In this document: one piece after another, positions 50,527-60,924 of the stretch
Numbering within the stretch: position 1 is the stretch's first letter
Layout of the letters: each line of letters begins with the position of its first letter
Origin: an uncultured Armatimonadetes bacterium
GTDB lineage: Bacteria; Armatimonadota; Hebobacteria; Hebobacterales; Hebobacteraceae
NCBI GenBank assembly: GCA_963716175.1
Contig: OY970296.1
Location: 672,001-736,000, forward strand
DNA: 64,000 nt
Direction: 5' to 3'
Position numbers and translations under genes: made by a program
The notes under the pieces: model-generated
What the model saw: only the letters and a program-made list of their open reading frames with translations
What the model was told of the DNA's origin: nothing
Database searches by the model: none

Positions 50527-52311
50527 TTGGCGAGGATTAGTGCAGCACGCAGCGCGGGGAACTGGCTCACTGCCATCATCGTGCTGCTGCCGCCGCTCAC
50601 CGTAGCGATGTGGGCTGGCGCGCAGCCCGAACACAGCGTCCGGGGCGGGGTGCGCCTATGGGACACAATTACCCCGCTTGCAGGGCCACCCGACCTGACG
50701 CAGCGCAAGGCCTGGCGTGCCATCACCACAGCCGCGTCAGGTCACCTTCAGGGCGACCTGGTGATAGAGACGGAGGCGCTGGCGGCGGCCTTTGCCTCGC
50801 GGCTCGGGAAGGTACTAGTGTATGACAGCGGGGAGCGGCCGCAGGGCGAGGCCACGGTCTACCCGGACGAGCTCTCGGGGAAGCAGGCCGTCATCGCCTC
50901 CACTGCGATCGCGGAACACAACGGCGTGGTGATAGCAGAGGCTGACTTCCGCGCGCCCGGGGCGGACAGCCGTTCCATCGCCTTTTGGTTCACCGGTGAT
51001 CGCGTTCTCGCCGTCAGGCCAGAGGGAAGCACGCGCGGGATCACCCTGTCCGCCCCGATCGAGCTGGCCCTCGTGCCAAGCATCGTCGGGGACGACCTCC
51101 TCTACGATCCCCGCGACTATCCCTTGGCGGACACGCTCTTCCTGCCCTCCGAGCACCTGCTGCTTGGCCTGCTACAGGGAGGAGGCAGCATGCTGGTCAT
51201 GACTTGGCAGGAGGTGATGCCATCGGTTCGCCTGCAGTTGAGCAGCGCCGGCCCCGGGCAGAGGAGCATTGAGGGGGTCAGCTTCGTGGGCGGCAAGGAC
51301 ATCTCTCTGGCCCTGCTCAACGCCCCCGGCATTTGGCACCGGGAGCGCTTGAACCCCTCCTTTCTGGAGCGGGACGTCGCCATCAAATGGAGGCCGCCCT
51401 TCCCAGCGCTGTGGCTCACCCAGCTCAACGAGGACGAGGTGAAGACGACCTTCGAGTTCCGGCAGGAGAAGGAGGAGCAGTGGCGGGGCGGCATCGGCTC
51501 CTACACTTTCCCGACCTGGTTCTCGGACGGAAAGGCAATGTTGTCGCTCAGCAAGCAGATCCTGCCCGAGGGGGAGGCCACTATCTACTTTCTGGAGCGG
51601 AGCGAGGACACGCCAGAGGAGGTCGAGAGCCCCATGGACATCGCGCAGCACACCCTCGCGGGCGACGCCCGGGTCGGCGTCCTCGACGTCGAGGGACGAC
51701 CGACCTGGTGGCCCATGCGGCCTGACGCGGTGATCGGCGGAGAGACCTGCAACGTCACCGACGAACTCATGAAGATCTTCGATGCCGGACAGGAGATGGA
51801 GAAGCAAGCCATCGTCAGAGGTGGCGTGGAGGACATGTATTTCCACCTCGAGATAATGTTCGAGCGAAACGGGCGCTTCTTCCCCTTTGCCCAGGATATG
51901 GTCGCGTTCCTGGACGCGCAGGCGAAGGCGAAACCGGGACTAGCCCTGTACCTGCGCGAGACGCGCAGTATCGCGGAGCAGATGATCGCCACCTATGACA
52001 GCGCGCGAGACACGCTGCGAGACATGGGCTATGCCCACGAACTGGGGGCGAAGACCATTGCTCTCGCCGCCGGAAAACGCCCTGGCAATCTGCAGCGCAT
52101 GATGGAGCTGAAGCAGGAATGGATCGGCATGGGCGGCGCCGCGGAGGAGCTTTCGCGGAGGGAGAACAGCTTCGCCCGGAAGCTATACCAGCAGGCGGCC
52201 TATCTCGCGGCGGCAGACCCCGAAGCAGTAGCGGTTGCAGAGGAGATCAGGAAACGGACGAAGCAGTGCCTGCAGAGACCCGATAGCTACGAGATCTGGG
52301 CGAACTACTGA
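50527..52311 (+). CDS. Hypothetical exported protein (~595 aa)
   Basis: Long GC3-rich ORF; TTG start after GGAGG; N-terminal hydrophobic signal ending AGA; beta-rich N-part and helical C-part. Confidence 0.7.
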   Translation: MARISAARSAGNWLTAIIVLLPPLTVAMWAGAQPEHSVRGGVRLWDTITPLAGPPDLTQRKAWRAITTAASGHLQGDLVIETEALAAAFASRLGKVLVYDSGERPQGEATVYPDELSGKQAVIASTAIAEHNGVVIAEADFRAPGADSRSIAFWFTGDRVLAVRPEGSTRGITLSAPIELALVPSIVGDDLLYDPRDYPLADTLFLPSEHLLLGLLQGGGSMLVMTWQEVMPSVRLQLSSAGPGQRSIEGVSFVGGKDISLALLNAPGIWHRERLNPSFLERDVAIKWRPPFPALWLTQLNEDEVKTTFEFRQEKEEQWRGGIGSYTFPTWFSDGKAMLSLSKQILPEGEATIYFLERSEDTPEEVESPMDIAQHTLAGDARVGVLDVEGRPTWWPMRPDAVIGGETCNVTDELMKIFDAGQEMEKQAIVRGGVEDMYFHLEIMFERNGRFFPFAQDMVAFLDAQAKAKPGLALYLRETRSIAEQMIATYDSARDTLRDMGYAHELGAKTIALAAGKRPGNLQRMMELKQEWIGMGGAAEELSRRENSFARKLYQQAAYLAAADPEAVAVAEEIRKRTKQCLQRPDSYEIWANY

Positions 52312-52437
52312 GTCCTGATGGGCCATCCCCGCCATCGGCCGGGCGCGAAGGCTGGGCCATCCGAGGAGGTAGCAGAGGCGGCTGGCGCAGAGAATGCCAT
52401 CTGAGGCCGACAGAGACCGGGGAATGGATGCTGACTT

Positions 52438-53676
52438 ATGTCAGTGAGTCGTAAGGACCGAGATGTCCTGAGGGGACTCGCCCAACGGGTGGCGGAGATC
52501 GCGGCCCTGCCCGTGCAGCAGGAGACGATCTGCTTGTGGAAGGCGCTCAACGGCCTCAGGCCCGTCCGACCCATGGTGATGATTGACCAGATTCCATGGC
52601 ACGAGATGGAGGTCGGACAGGAACTCACCCTGCAGACCGAAGATGACTTCTGCCGTGAGGTCGAGACAACGCTTCGCAGGAGTCTTTACGCCTGGCGGCA
52701 CATGCGGGCCGACATGGTGGTCGAGCCAGTAGTGGAGATTCCGAAGGTCATCCGCGGCGAGGGCTTCGGAATAGAGATCGTCGAGAGAACCGCGGTCACA
52801 GACCCCAGAAACGATATCGTCGGTCATGCCTACCTTGACCAACTGCAGACGGAGGATGATCTGCGGAAGATCCGCGAGCCAGAGATCTACCTCGATGAGC
52901 AGGCCGCCGCCGAGGCGCACGAGAAGGCGCAAGGGATCTTCGGCGGGGTACTCGAGGTGCGCATGCAGGGACGATTCCCCGTGTTCGCCCCGTGGGATCT
53001 GATCGTCCAATGGCGCAGCCCGGAACACGCCATCCTCGACCTGGTTGACAAGCCGCAGTTCATGCACGGCATCATGGCTCGCCTCACCGAGGTGCATCTC
53101 TCGCTGCTCGGCCAGCTAGAGCAGCGGGGGTTGCTAGGCTCGGGACAGCGCACCATCCACTGCACCGGCGCATATGTGGACGAGCTTCCCGCCCCCGGCT
53201 TCGACCCAGAGCATCCCCGGGCAAGGGATCTCTGGACCTATGGCATGGCGCAGGTGTTCTCGACGGTCTCCCCAGCCATGCACGAGGAGTTTTGGCTGGA
53301 CTACGCCGCGAAGTGGTTCGCGCGGTTCGGTCTTGGCTACTACGGGTGCTGTGAGCCGCTGCACGGGAAGATTGACATCATCCGGAAGGTCCCGCACATC
53401 AGGAAGATCTCTATGAGTCCCTGGGTGGACGTGGAGACGGGCGCGGAGCGGATCGGCCGCGACTTCGTCTTCTCGCGCAAGCCCAGCCCGGCTCTTCTCG
53501 CTGGCGACACGTGGGACCCGGATCGGGTGGAGAAGGACCTGCGAGATACGCGGGAGCGGTGCGCCCGCCACGGATGCCCACTGGAGTTCATCCTGAAGGA
53601 CATCAGCACCGTCCAGTACCAGCCGCAGAGGCTGTGGGAGTGGGCACGAATCGCCGCGGAAGTGGTCGGACATTAG
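52438..53676 (+). CDS. URO-D/CIMS-like TIM-barrel protein of unknown function
   Basis: LR.LA..VAEIA..P, VSPAMHEEF, YYGCCEPL, RKISMSPW, SRKPSP, EFILKD. Confidence 0.75.
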   Translation: MSVSRKDRDVLRGLAQRVAEIAALPVQQETICLWKALNGLRPVRPMVMIDQIPWHEMEVGQELTLQTEDDFCREVETTLRRSLYAWRHMRADMVVEPVVEIPKVIRGEGFGIEIVERTAVTDPRNDIVGHAYLDQLQTEDDLRKIREPEIYLDEQAAAEAHEKAQGIFGGVLEVRMQGRFPVFAPWDLIVQWRSPEHAILDLVDKPQFMHGIMARLTEVHLSLLGQLEQRGLLGSGQRTIHCTGAYVDELPAPGFDPEHPRARDLWTYGMAQVFSTVSPAMHEEFWLDYAAKWFARFGLGYYGCCEPLHGKIDIIRKVPHIRKISMSPWVDVETGAERIGRDFVFSRKPSPALLAGDTWDPDRVEKDLRDTRERCARHGCPLEFILKDISTVQYQPQRLWEWARIAAEVVGH

Positions 53677-53726
53677 GCGCGGCGGCCACCGGCCGCTTGG
53701 CCGGGCGCGAGCAGGGCGCGCTCGGT

Positions 53727-55073
53727 TCAGGTTCCCCCTGTGATCATCCCGCGGGGGAGGGGATCTTCCCTCTCTCTCCAACGAGTGCGGGCTGCCTGCT
53801 GGGCGAGTTCTCCTGCCATCCACTTCCGGAGCGTGCTGAGTCGAGCCTCCGCCGCCTTCAGCCGGCGGTCCAGCCGCATCTCGGCGAAGGTGGTGATCAG
53901 CTCGTTGTGGGCTTCGCAGGTCCAGAGGTTCCGGAATGCGGCGTAGTCGCGGCGGCCCCGGCGAGTGCTGACATCGGCGGCGTGGAACTTCACGAAACCA
54001 TAGTAGGAGGCGCCGTGAACCGTGGTCCAGGCCTCGAAGTACTCCTGGTGCAACCGGTCATCCTTGAGGACCCGCGAGATCTCCCGGAGCCACTGGTGGA
54101 GGTGCGCGCGCTCTTTGCCGCGGATCATCTGAAGCCGCCCTGACTCAGGGCCGAGCTTGGTGAACACGGGCTTGAGAGAGGCCTTGATTCTGCCGCTCGC
54201 CTCTGTGAACTTCAGCAAGACCGGCATGCCCACCCACCAGAGCCTGTCACGCGGATTGAGCTCAACCATGCGCGCGTCGAACACGAGGTTGCCCAGGCTG
54301 TAGGCGATCGGCGTCCCCCGCCAGGTCTCCACGGCCTGCGGGATATGCGGATGGGTGTTAACCACCGCGCTCGCCCCGGCCTCGGCGAACGCACGGTTCA
54401 TCGCCACCACCCGCGGGCTGGGGAGCGGGTTCATCTCGTTTCCGCCGTGGGTGAACACCAGCACTAGGTCGTGCTTCCTCCGCAGCTCGATGATGGTGCG
54501 GATCATGTCGAAGGGCTTCAGTCCTGCCCCCCCTGGGGAGTCCCTTCGTGCCACTCCGAATTCGTGTTCACAGGCATTGAGGATGGCGACTGAGAACCCA
54601 TGGGTGCTGATCGCCAGCGGCATTGATGCGTGCCGGTGGTCCTTCCCCGCACCTACCGTCCGCAGGCCGCGACGACGCAAGGCCTGGATGGTGTCCATGA
54701 CCGCGTTCGGGCCATGATCGAGGATGTGGTTATTGGCCAAGAGGGCGATTTCGAAACGCCCCTTCAGCAAGTCCGCGGTCTCCGGCGGCGCTGACAAGTG
54801 AGGGCCGGACTTGACGATTGGATGCTTCCTGGTCAGCAGTGGGGCCTCGACGTTCACGATCCTCAGATCCGCCGCGGACAGCAGCTCGTCTACACCTGAG
54901 AACAGGTCTTGTGCCGCCGACTTGCGGGGTCGGGGGAATGGACAGAAGTCCCCGGTCGCGCAGATCACCAGTTCTCTTGCCACCGATGCCTCCGCATCAA
55001 CGGTAGATGGGCGCTCATCGCCGCGGACATGGTTTCGACCTGAAGGAACGCAGCTCATCCCGCGGGGATTCAT
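53727..55073 (-). CDS. CapA (PGA_cap) family metallophosphoesterase
   Basis: TGD, NVEAP, KSGP, ANNHILD, HGGNE, HPH, YSLGN; start position uncertain. Confidence 0.88.
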   Translation of the reverse strand: MNPRGMSCVPSGRNHVRGDERPSTVDAEASVARELVICATGDFCPFPRPRKSAAQDLFSGVDELLSAADLRIVNVEAPLLTRKHPIVKSGPHLSAPPETADLLKGRFEIALLANNHILDHGPNAVMDTIQALRRRGLRTVGAGKDHRHASMPLAISTHGFSVAILNACEHEFGVARRDSPGGAGLKPFDMIRTIIELRRKHDLVLVFTHGGNEMNPLPSPRVVAMNRAFAEAGASAVVNTHPHIPQAVETWRGTPIAYSLGNLVFDARMVELNPRDRLWWVGMPVLLKFTEASGRIKASLKPVFTKLGPESGRLQMIRGKERAHLHQWLREISRVLKDDRLHQEYFEAWTTVHGASYYGFVKFHAADVSTRRGRRDYAAFRNLWTCEAHNELITTFAEMRLDRRLKAAEARLSTLRKWMAGELAQQAARTRWREREDPLPRGMITGGT

Positions 55074-55196
55074 CGCGATCAGCTACGTGCTTCTCTATGG
55101 CGGCATCAGACACATGCCGGCCTGGCGAGTGCCCGCCATCGCTCAGCGGATAGCATACCACAGCGGACCCCGGTGCGCCTTGCGACCGCCTCTTCT

Positions 55197-55326
55197 GTAA
55201 CTGGTAACTCACGGCGGGACAGGTTTCGCGGGCGCAACATATCGGCCCACGCGCCTGCAGCGACACACCACATGTTGTGGCTCCGACGCGGATCTGAAGC
55301 CATCCCCGCAGAGCGTTACCAGTTAC
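55197..55326. repeat. Intergenic inverted repeat
   Basis: GTAACTGGTAAC (55197-208) and GTTACCAGTTAC (55315-326) form a perfect 12-bp IR that extends imperfectly inwards. Confidence 0.7.
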
Positions 55327-55556
55327 CCTCTTCTCGCTAGCTCAGCAATCAGTCCTCAGTCCTGCGTCGGGGCAGTGCTTACCCGGGATGCGGGTCGCAT
55401 TCGCACGGCCGCGGATGCTGAGGTGATGCTCTCAAGGCCGTACTGCCGCGGGCTGATAGGCGCAGGCTGCGTGGCAACTGTGGTGCGCGATGGCGGAGAA
55501 GGCTCTCGACCGAGGTCCGTCTGCTGCTGCGGTGGGGCCGCTGTCGATCGCTGCGG

Positions 55557-57011
55557 CTAGTGAAGAGAGAAACCGGGTGCCGCCCGCGACGACACCGGGT
55601 TCAGAATATGAGGCGATTCTGTGGACTGGCCCGACCGCGCGTCGAAGTCTGCCAGTTCGCCATGTTCCCAGAGGTCGGTCAGCGCTTCCACGACAGTGGG
55701 ATCGAACTGGGTGCCAGCCAGAGCCTGGATCTGCAGAACTGCTGCCAGAGGGATTGCCCCGCGCCGGTAAGGCCGGTTGGAGACGATGGCGTGGAAAGCA
55801 TCTGCCACGGTAACCACGCGCGCCAGGAGGGGTATCTCCTCACCTTTCAGCCCGTCCGGATAGCCGCTGCCATCCCACCACTCGTGGTGGCTGCGGATCA
55901 TGGCGAGGGCCGAGGGACCAGGATTCAGGGGCTGGACAATGTCCTGGCCGATCAGCGTGTGCTGGTGGCAGGTATCAAGCTCTTCCTCCGTCAGAGGCCC
56001 CCGCTTCAGGAGCACGGCATCAGCGATCCCGATCTTGCCCAGATCGTGCAGAGGGCAGTAGGCCTCCAGGGCCTCGGCGGCACGCTCTCCCAGACCGAGC
56101 CTCTCGGCCAAGCGGAGCGCCAGCCAGGTGACGGCCTCCCCGTGGGCGGCGCTGTAGAAATCGCGGGCGGCGAGCGAACGCACCAGCGCGTGTAGGGTTC
56201 TGAAATAGGATTGCCTCAACTGCTGGTGAAGCTCCGCGCTCTCGATGGCTTTGCTGGCCATGTTGGCCAGGGTGGTGAGCAGGTTCAGGTCCTCGGTATC
56301 GAAGGTCGCCTGTCGGGTCGCTGCCAGGGAGCCGCTCACGACATCGGAGACCTTCATCGGGGCGGAGATAGTGGCGCGGATCTGATCCCAGGTTCGCAGT
56401 CGGTGCCCGATCTCGGGTGCGTCATGCAGACAGCGGATCGACGGGCCTGTCTTGGCCGCAGCCTTGGCGGCCGCAACCGGGTCGTCGGGACCTCCATCGC
56501 TTGGGCCGAGCAGGCCCGCGCTGCGCGTGTGAATGCACTCGCCTTTCGAGTTGTCCAGCAGCACGAGCGAGGCGGCATCGGCCTGCACCTGGGCTACCAG
56601 GGCCTCCACTACCAGCTCCGAGATGCGCTCGATATCTAGTGTCCCGGCCAGATGAACGCTGGTTTCGCAGAGCTTGTTGAGGCGGCTGATCCGGGCATCG
56701 AGGGCCCGGGCAGTGTCGTGGAGTTGGTCGATCAGGCTGCGGTTCTGGGCGCGCTGCTCGCGTTCCTTATCGGCGAAATAGGCAACGGTGCAAGCGAGAA
56801 ATGCCAGCAGGCCGATGAGCAGCAGCGGCTCGGAGTAGTCGGCCGTCGTGATCTCCTGCCCATAGGCGACCAAGAGAACGAAGGCCAGGCCCAGCACCCC
56901 AGCCAGAGATAAGGCCAGCCATAAGAGCTGCTTCCTGCGCCTGTCCGGGGTGTAATCCCCATCCACGGCGAGTGATGTTAGGTCTGTCGGACTGTTCTGT
57001 GCAGCGCCCAA
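55557..57011 (-). CDS. Membrane-anchored GAF + HD-GYP phosphodiesterase
   Basis: 2 TM helices, coiled coil, GAF, ARD.Y...H, LHDLGKIG, HHEWWDGSGYPDGLKGEEIP. Confidence 0.9.
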   Translation of the reverse strand: MGAAQNSPTDLTSLAVDGDYTPDRRRKQLLWLALSLAGVLGLAFVLLVAYGQEITTADYSEPLLLIGLLAFLACTVAYFADKEREQRAQNRSLIDQLHDTARALDARISRLNKLCETSVHLAGTLDIERISELVVEALVAQVQADAASLVLLDNSKGECIHTRSAGLLGPSDGGPDDPVAAAKAAAKTGPSIRCLHDAPEIGHRLRTWDQIRATISAPMKVSDVVSGSLAATRQATFDTEDLNLLTTLANMASKAIESAELHQQLRQSYFRTLHALVRSLAARDFYSAAHGEAVTWLALRLAERLGLGERAAEALEAYCPLHDLGKIGIADAVLLKRGPLTEEELDTCHQHTLIGQDIVQPLNPGPSALAMIRSHHEWWDGSGYPDGLKGEEIPLLARVVTVADAFHAIVSNRPYRRGAIPLAAVLQIQALAGTQFDPTVVEALTDLWEHGELADFDARSGQSTESPHILNPVSSRAAPGFSLH

Positions 57012-57476
57012 GTCTGTCCCCCCTCAGCCCCGGCTGCCGGCCGGCTGCGGGAACGCCCACCTGGCCGCCTACCGCCTGCTAGGCGCCAAGACCGTTGTTC
57101 CATAGTCTGCAGGCTACTTACCAAGCGAAGCGGTGGGCGCCGGATGAGCCCGGTGGCGATAGCCGTGGCAGGCCCCACTAGGCCCGCCGGCTGCGCCCCA
57201 GGGGGAGACAGTCGGCAACCTCAGCAGAGCCCGTCCAGGGCGCCCCACGTCCAAGACAGGGCGCGAGAGATGAGGGCGTCTAGTGCCCTGGCCAATCCCA
57301 GAGCCCGGGGAGGGCGAGAGGAGATGCTGTGGGTGTCAACCGTGTCCGAGACCGCCGCGAGTAGACCCATGCCGCCCCTATGGCCCCGCAGCGACAGCGC
57401 CCCCGCGTGCGTGACCGACCTGAGACCTGTGCAACGGCCCCATCCTGCTGGACGGAGTCCTGCCCGGGAACGGGGC

Positions 57477-58844
57477 TTACTCGTATAGCCTATCCATCTG
57501 CCGCTTCGCCCGCGCCAGCGCGTCCTTCGCGGAGATGTCTTCGTTCAGGTACTTCTGGAACTCCACCCCGACGATATCGGCGACCCGCTGCCAGGTCAGA
57601 GGATCGGGGATGCAGTAACCCTTGTCCACCGTGGGGCGCAGAGACTGCATCCAGGCCGGGAGGCGGTATCCCGGGTCCACCAGAGTGCGCAGCGACGCGA
57701 TGCTCCGGGGCAACGCTGGTGGCCGGTAGCCTGGCTGCTGGCGCTGGTAGGGGTACTTGATCACGATCATCTTCCCGGCCTTGCCCACACCAGGCTGAAG
57801 GTCATAACAGAAACCCTCGAGCAGGACGCGCGCCGCCTCCTTTGCCACTGGAGAGGCCTTCGGAATGACCCCAATGTAGTGCGCTACCAGGGCGCCCACC
57901 CGGTTGCTGTCAGGGGAGGGACCGATGCCGATGTGCTTCTCGCCGTCTTTCATCTCGCGGATCGCCCAGAAACCGCGCGACTGCCAGTTGGGAAAGAAGA
58001 TAGCGATCTTGGCGCGGAAATCGTCCGCTGACTGATAGGGCGTGAGCGCTCCCTTTGGCATCAGCCCCTGGGTATACCAGCGCTTGAGCGTCTCGAAGGT
58101 CTTCACTGCCTCTGGGCTGGCGACATCGAGGTGGCTCATTGTATCCGTCACGCTGCCGCGGAAGGAGCGCAGCATCGGCACATACGCGTTCTGAGTGAAG
58201 AAGCTGGGCGACAGGTCGAGAGTCACGCCGTACTGCTTCTTCTCCGGATTGCGCAGCCGGCGGGCCATCTCTTCCAGTTCTTGATAGGTCCGCGGCGGAT
58301 CTTTGTCCGGGAGCCCGTTCTCGCGCAGCATGTCCCGCCGGTAGTTGAGGGCCATGATCTCTCCCAGCCACGGGAGCCCGTAGAGGTGCTGCGCTCCCGT
58401 CCTGGGATCGGCCAATCTGCAGTTCTGCAGATAGCCCGGCAGGAACTCGCCGAGCAGCCCGGCCTCCAACTCCGGCTTCAGCAGATCGTCGAGCGGCTCC
58501 AGGAATCCTCCTTCCGCGTAGCGCGTGATGGTCTCGTTGTTGGTGGTCAGCAGCAGGTCGAACGGCGTGGTGCTCGCCCGCCAGGGAAGCATCAGGGTGA
58601 TCTCGTTCGCCTCCGGCATGATGCGCAGGTCAACGCGGATGTCCGGATGGCGTTGCTCGAAGGCGCGAATGACGCGCTCCAGATCCTTGTCCGGGGTCAT
58701 GAACTCCGAGTACTGCCAGGAGTCCACCATCACCCGCACGCTCGTGATGCCGCCTTTGCGCGGGTGATAGATGTTGAGACGGCGCTCGGCCGCGAACCCG
58801 AGGAACAAGATGCCGAGCAGCGCCAGGGAGATCGTCTTGTGCAT
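57477..58844 (-). CDS. Carbohydrate ABC transporter substrate-binding protein
   Basis: FE..HPDI.V, G.LEPLDD, LYGLP, YRRDML...G, PPRT..EL; follows two permeases. Confidence 0.88.
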   Translation of the reverse strand: MHKTISLALLGILFLGFAAERRLNIYHPRKGGITSVRVMVDSWQYSEFMTPDKDLERVIRAFEQRHPDIRVDLRIMPEANEITLMLPWRASTTPFDLLLTTNNETITRYAEGGFLEPLDDLLKPELEAGLLGEFLPGYLQNCRLADPRTGAQHLYGLPWLGEIMALNYRRDMLRENGLPDKDPPRTYQELEEMARRLRNPEKKQYGVTLDLSPSFFTQNAYVPMLRSFRGSVTDTMSHLDVASPEAVKTFETLKRWYTQGLMPKGALTPYQSADDFRAKIAIFFPNWQSRGFWAIREMKDGEKHIGIGPSPDSNRVGALVAHYIGVIPKASPVAKEAARVLLEGFCYDLQPGVGKAGKMIVIKYPYQRQQPGYRPPALPRSIASLRTLVDPGYRLPAWMQSLRPTVDKGYCIPDPLTWQRVADIVGVEFQKYLNEDISAKDALARAKRQMDRLYE

Positions 58845-58847
58845 CGC

Positions 58848-59705
58848 TTACCCCTTGACCGCGCCGGCGGTGAGTCCGCGCATGAAGTACTTCTGCAGCA
58901 GCAAGAAGAGGATGATCACCGGCACGAAGGAGAGCATCACAGAGGAGAAGAGGACCCCGTAATCCCAGTGCTGCCATTGCCCTTGCAGCAATTGGATGCC
59001 CACCGGCAGGGTGCGCGCTTCGTCGCTCCAGTTGTTCATGGTGAGGGCGAAGATGAACTCGTTCCAGGCGCTGAGAAAGATGAGCGTGCCCGCGGCGGCG
59101 AGGCCGCTGGCGCCCATTGGCACCATGATCTGCCAGAAGCTTTCCCACCAACTGCAGCCGTCCACCCGCGCCGCGTCCAGCAGTTCCTGCGGCGTCGCCA
59201 GGAAGACACTGTGCATCACGAAGATAGTGAGGGGCAGGTTGAAGGCGCTGTAGGTGAGTGTCAGGCCGGTGAGCGTGTTCAGCAGGTGGTAATGGCTCAG
59301 CAGCTCGTACTGTCCGATCAACCCCACCTCGCCCGGCACCATCATCGTGCCCAGGAAGATGAGCAGGAGCGCCCGGTCGCCCTTGAACCGGAAGCGGGAG
59401 AGCGCGTACGCGGCAAGGCTGCCGATGAACAACGTCAGCACGACAGTGCCGATCGAGACCAGCACGCTGTTTCGGTAGTACAGCCCGAACCCCACCATCC
59501 GCTCGAACATCTGGGTGTAGTTGCCGAAGGTGTAGGTGTGCGGCAGGAAGGTCAGGTGCTTGCTGTACAGCTCCTCGTGTGGTTTCAGCGACGACAGAAT
59601 CACCCACAGGAACGGCAAGATGCTGCATATGCTGACCATGGCCAGCACCAGGTAGAGCAGCCCGCTGCCGCCGTATCGTTTCACCTTGCCCGCGGCGATC
59701 GCCAT
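58848..59705 (-). CDS. Carbohydrate ABC transporter permease (MalG-like)
   Basis: PFLW...SLK, AAYALSR..FKG, ELLDAARVDG, AWNEF, LQKYFMRGL.AGAVKG. Confidence 0.92.
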   Translation of the reverse strand: MAIAAGKVKRYGGSGLLYLVLAMVSICSILPFLWVILSSLKPHEELYSKHLTFLPHTYTFGNYTQMFERMVGFGLYYRNSVLVSIGTVVLTLFIGSLAAYALSRFRFKGDRALLLIFLGTMMVPGEVGLIGQYELLSHYHLLNTLTGLTLTYSAFNLPLTIFVMHSVFLATPQELLDAARVDGCSWWESFWQIMVPMGASGLAAAGTLIFLSAWNEFIFALTMNNWSDEARTLPVGIQLLQGQWQHWDYGVLFSSVMLSFVPVIILFLLLQKYFMRGLTAGAVKG

Positions 59706-60715
59706 CACTCGCGCTCCTTCGAGAGCTGGAAGGAGATGACAGAGACGACGAAGATGAAGACGGCAAGCGCCCAGGCCAGCGCGGAGGCGTAGCCGAACCT
59801 GAACTTGCCGTAGCGGAAGGCGACGTTGTAGAGGTACAGCACCATGGAGAGAGTCGAGTCGCCCGGGCCGCCCTGGGTCATGATGAACATCTGCCCAAAG
59901 ACCTTGAGCGCGCCGATCATGGCCAGCAGGCCAACCAGGAAGACCATGGGGCGCAGCAGCGGGATCGTGACCTTCACCAGCGCCTGCCAGCCTGTGGCCC
60001 CGTCCACCCGCGCCGCCTCGGTCAGCTCTGGCGGGATGCGCTGGAGGCCCACCAGGAAGAGCAGCATGTTGAACCCCAGCCCATGCCAGACGCACATCGC
60101 CACCACCGCCGGCATCGCGAGCTTCGGATCGGAGAGCCAGCTATAGCCCTCTTTCATGCCGGCGTACTCACGCAAGAGCATGTTAGCGACCCCGTATTCC
60201 GGGTGGTAGATCCAGGTCCAGATGATGGAGACCACGGCCACCGAAACAACCACCGGGATGAAGTTCAGCGTGCGGAAGAGCGTCGCCAGCCGGCCCGCCC
60301 GCTCCACCAGCACGGCCAGGAGCAGAGGCAGGATGACCGCGGCGGGCACGTACATGATGGTGAAGCGAACGGTGTTCCAGAACGCACCCCCAGGGGTGTT
60401 GATGGTCAGCCAGAGCACGAGCAACGGGTAGAAGGCGATCTGCCACCCGGAGAGGTGACCCTTGGGCAGCACCAGCCCCGGCCAGCCCTTCACCCTCTCG
60501 TCCTGGAGCATCTCGTGATAGTTGCCCAGGCTCACCCAATGCATCTGCTCGGGGCGGAGGAAGTTGTAGTCGGTGAAGCTGAGGTAGAGCGAGCGCAAGA
60601 TCGGGTAGAGCGTGAACATCCCGAAGAGCAGCACCGCGGGGAAGACGAAGGCGTACGGATTGTCGAGGCTAAAACTCCTTCGCTTGACAGCGGTTGTCGA
60701 GGTGGGGGTGCTCAT
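59705..60715 (-). CDS. Carbohydrate ABC transporter permease (MalF/UgpA-like)
   Basis: YAFVFPA, SFTDY, L.NY, GLQRIP.EL.EAARVDGA, T.GGP, GYASA. Confidence 0.92.
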   Translation of the reverse strand: MSTPTSTTAVKRRSFSLDNPYAFVFPAVLLFGMFTLYPILRSLYLSFTDYNFLRPEQMHWVSLGNYHEMLQDERVKGWPGLVLPKGHLSGWQIAFYPLLVLWLTINTPGGAFWNTVRFTIMYVPAAVILPLLLAVLVERAGRLATLFRTLNFIPVVVSVAVVSIIWTWIYHPEYGVANMLLREYAGMKEGYSWLSDPKLAMPAVVAMCVWHGLGFNMLLFLVGLQRIPPELTEAARVDGATGWQALVKVTIPLLRPMVFLVGLLAMIGALKVFGQMFIMTQGGPGDSTLSMVLYLYNVAFRYGKFRFGYASALAWALAVFIFVVSVISFQLSKERE

Positions 60716-60924
60716 GCCGGGTTCCGATGACTGGCCGTTACCGGAGTATTTGCTCGCCGCGGCCCATTCCCCTTGTGGCCGGAGCTGGGCATGCTGTCCA
60801 GGCGGCGGTCTGCGGCTGAACTAGCCAGGCTCGGCGGCATCGCCGGGTCAGGCCCGCTGCCCCTGGCGTCTCCACGCTTGATAGCTGGCCCGCTGAGAGC
60901 TATAGGAAGTCACATGCAGCGGAT

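Noticed and set aside
57477-60715. Sugar ABC operon without an ATPase
   Set aside because: This is common; CUT1 systems often share a MsmK/MsiK-type ATPase encoded elsewhere.
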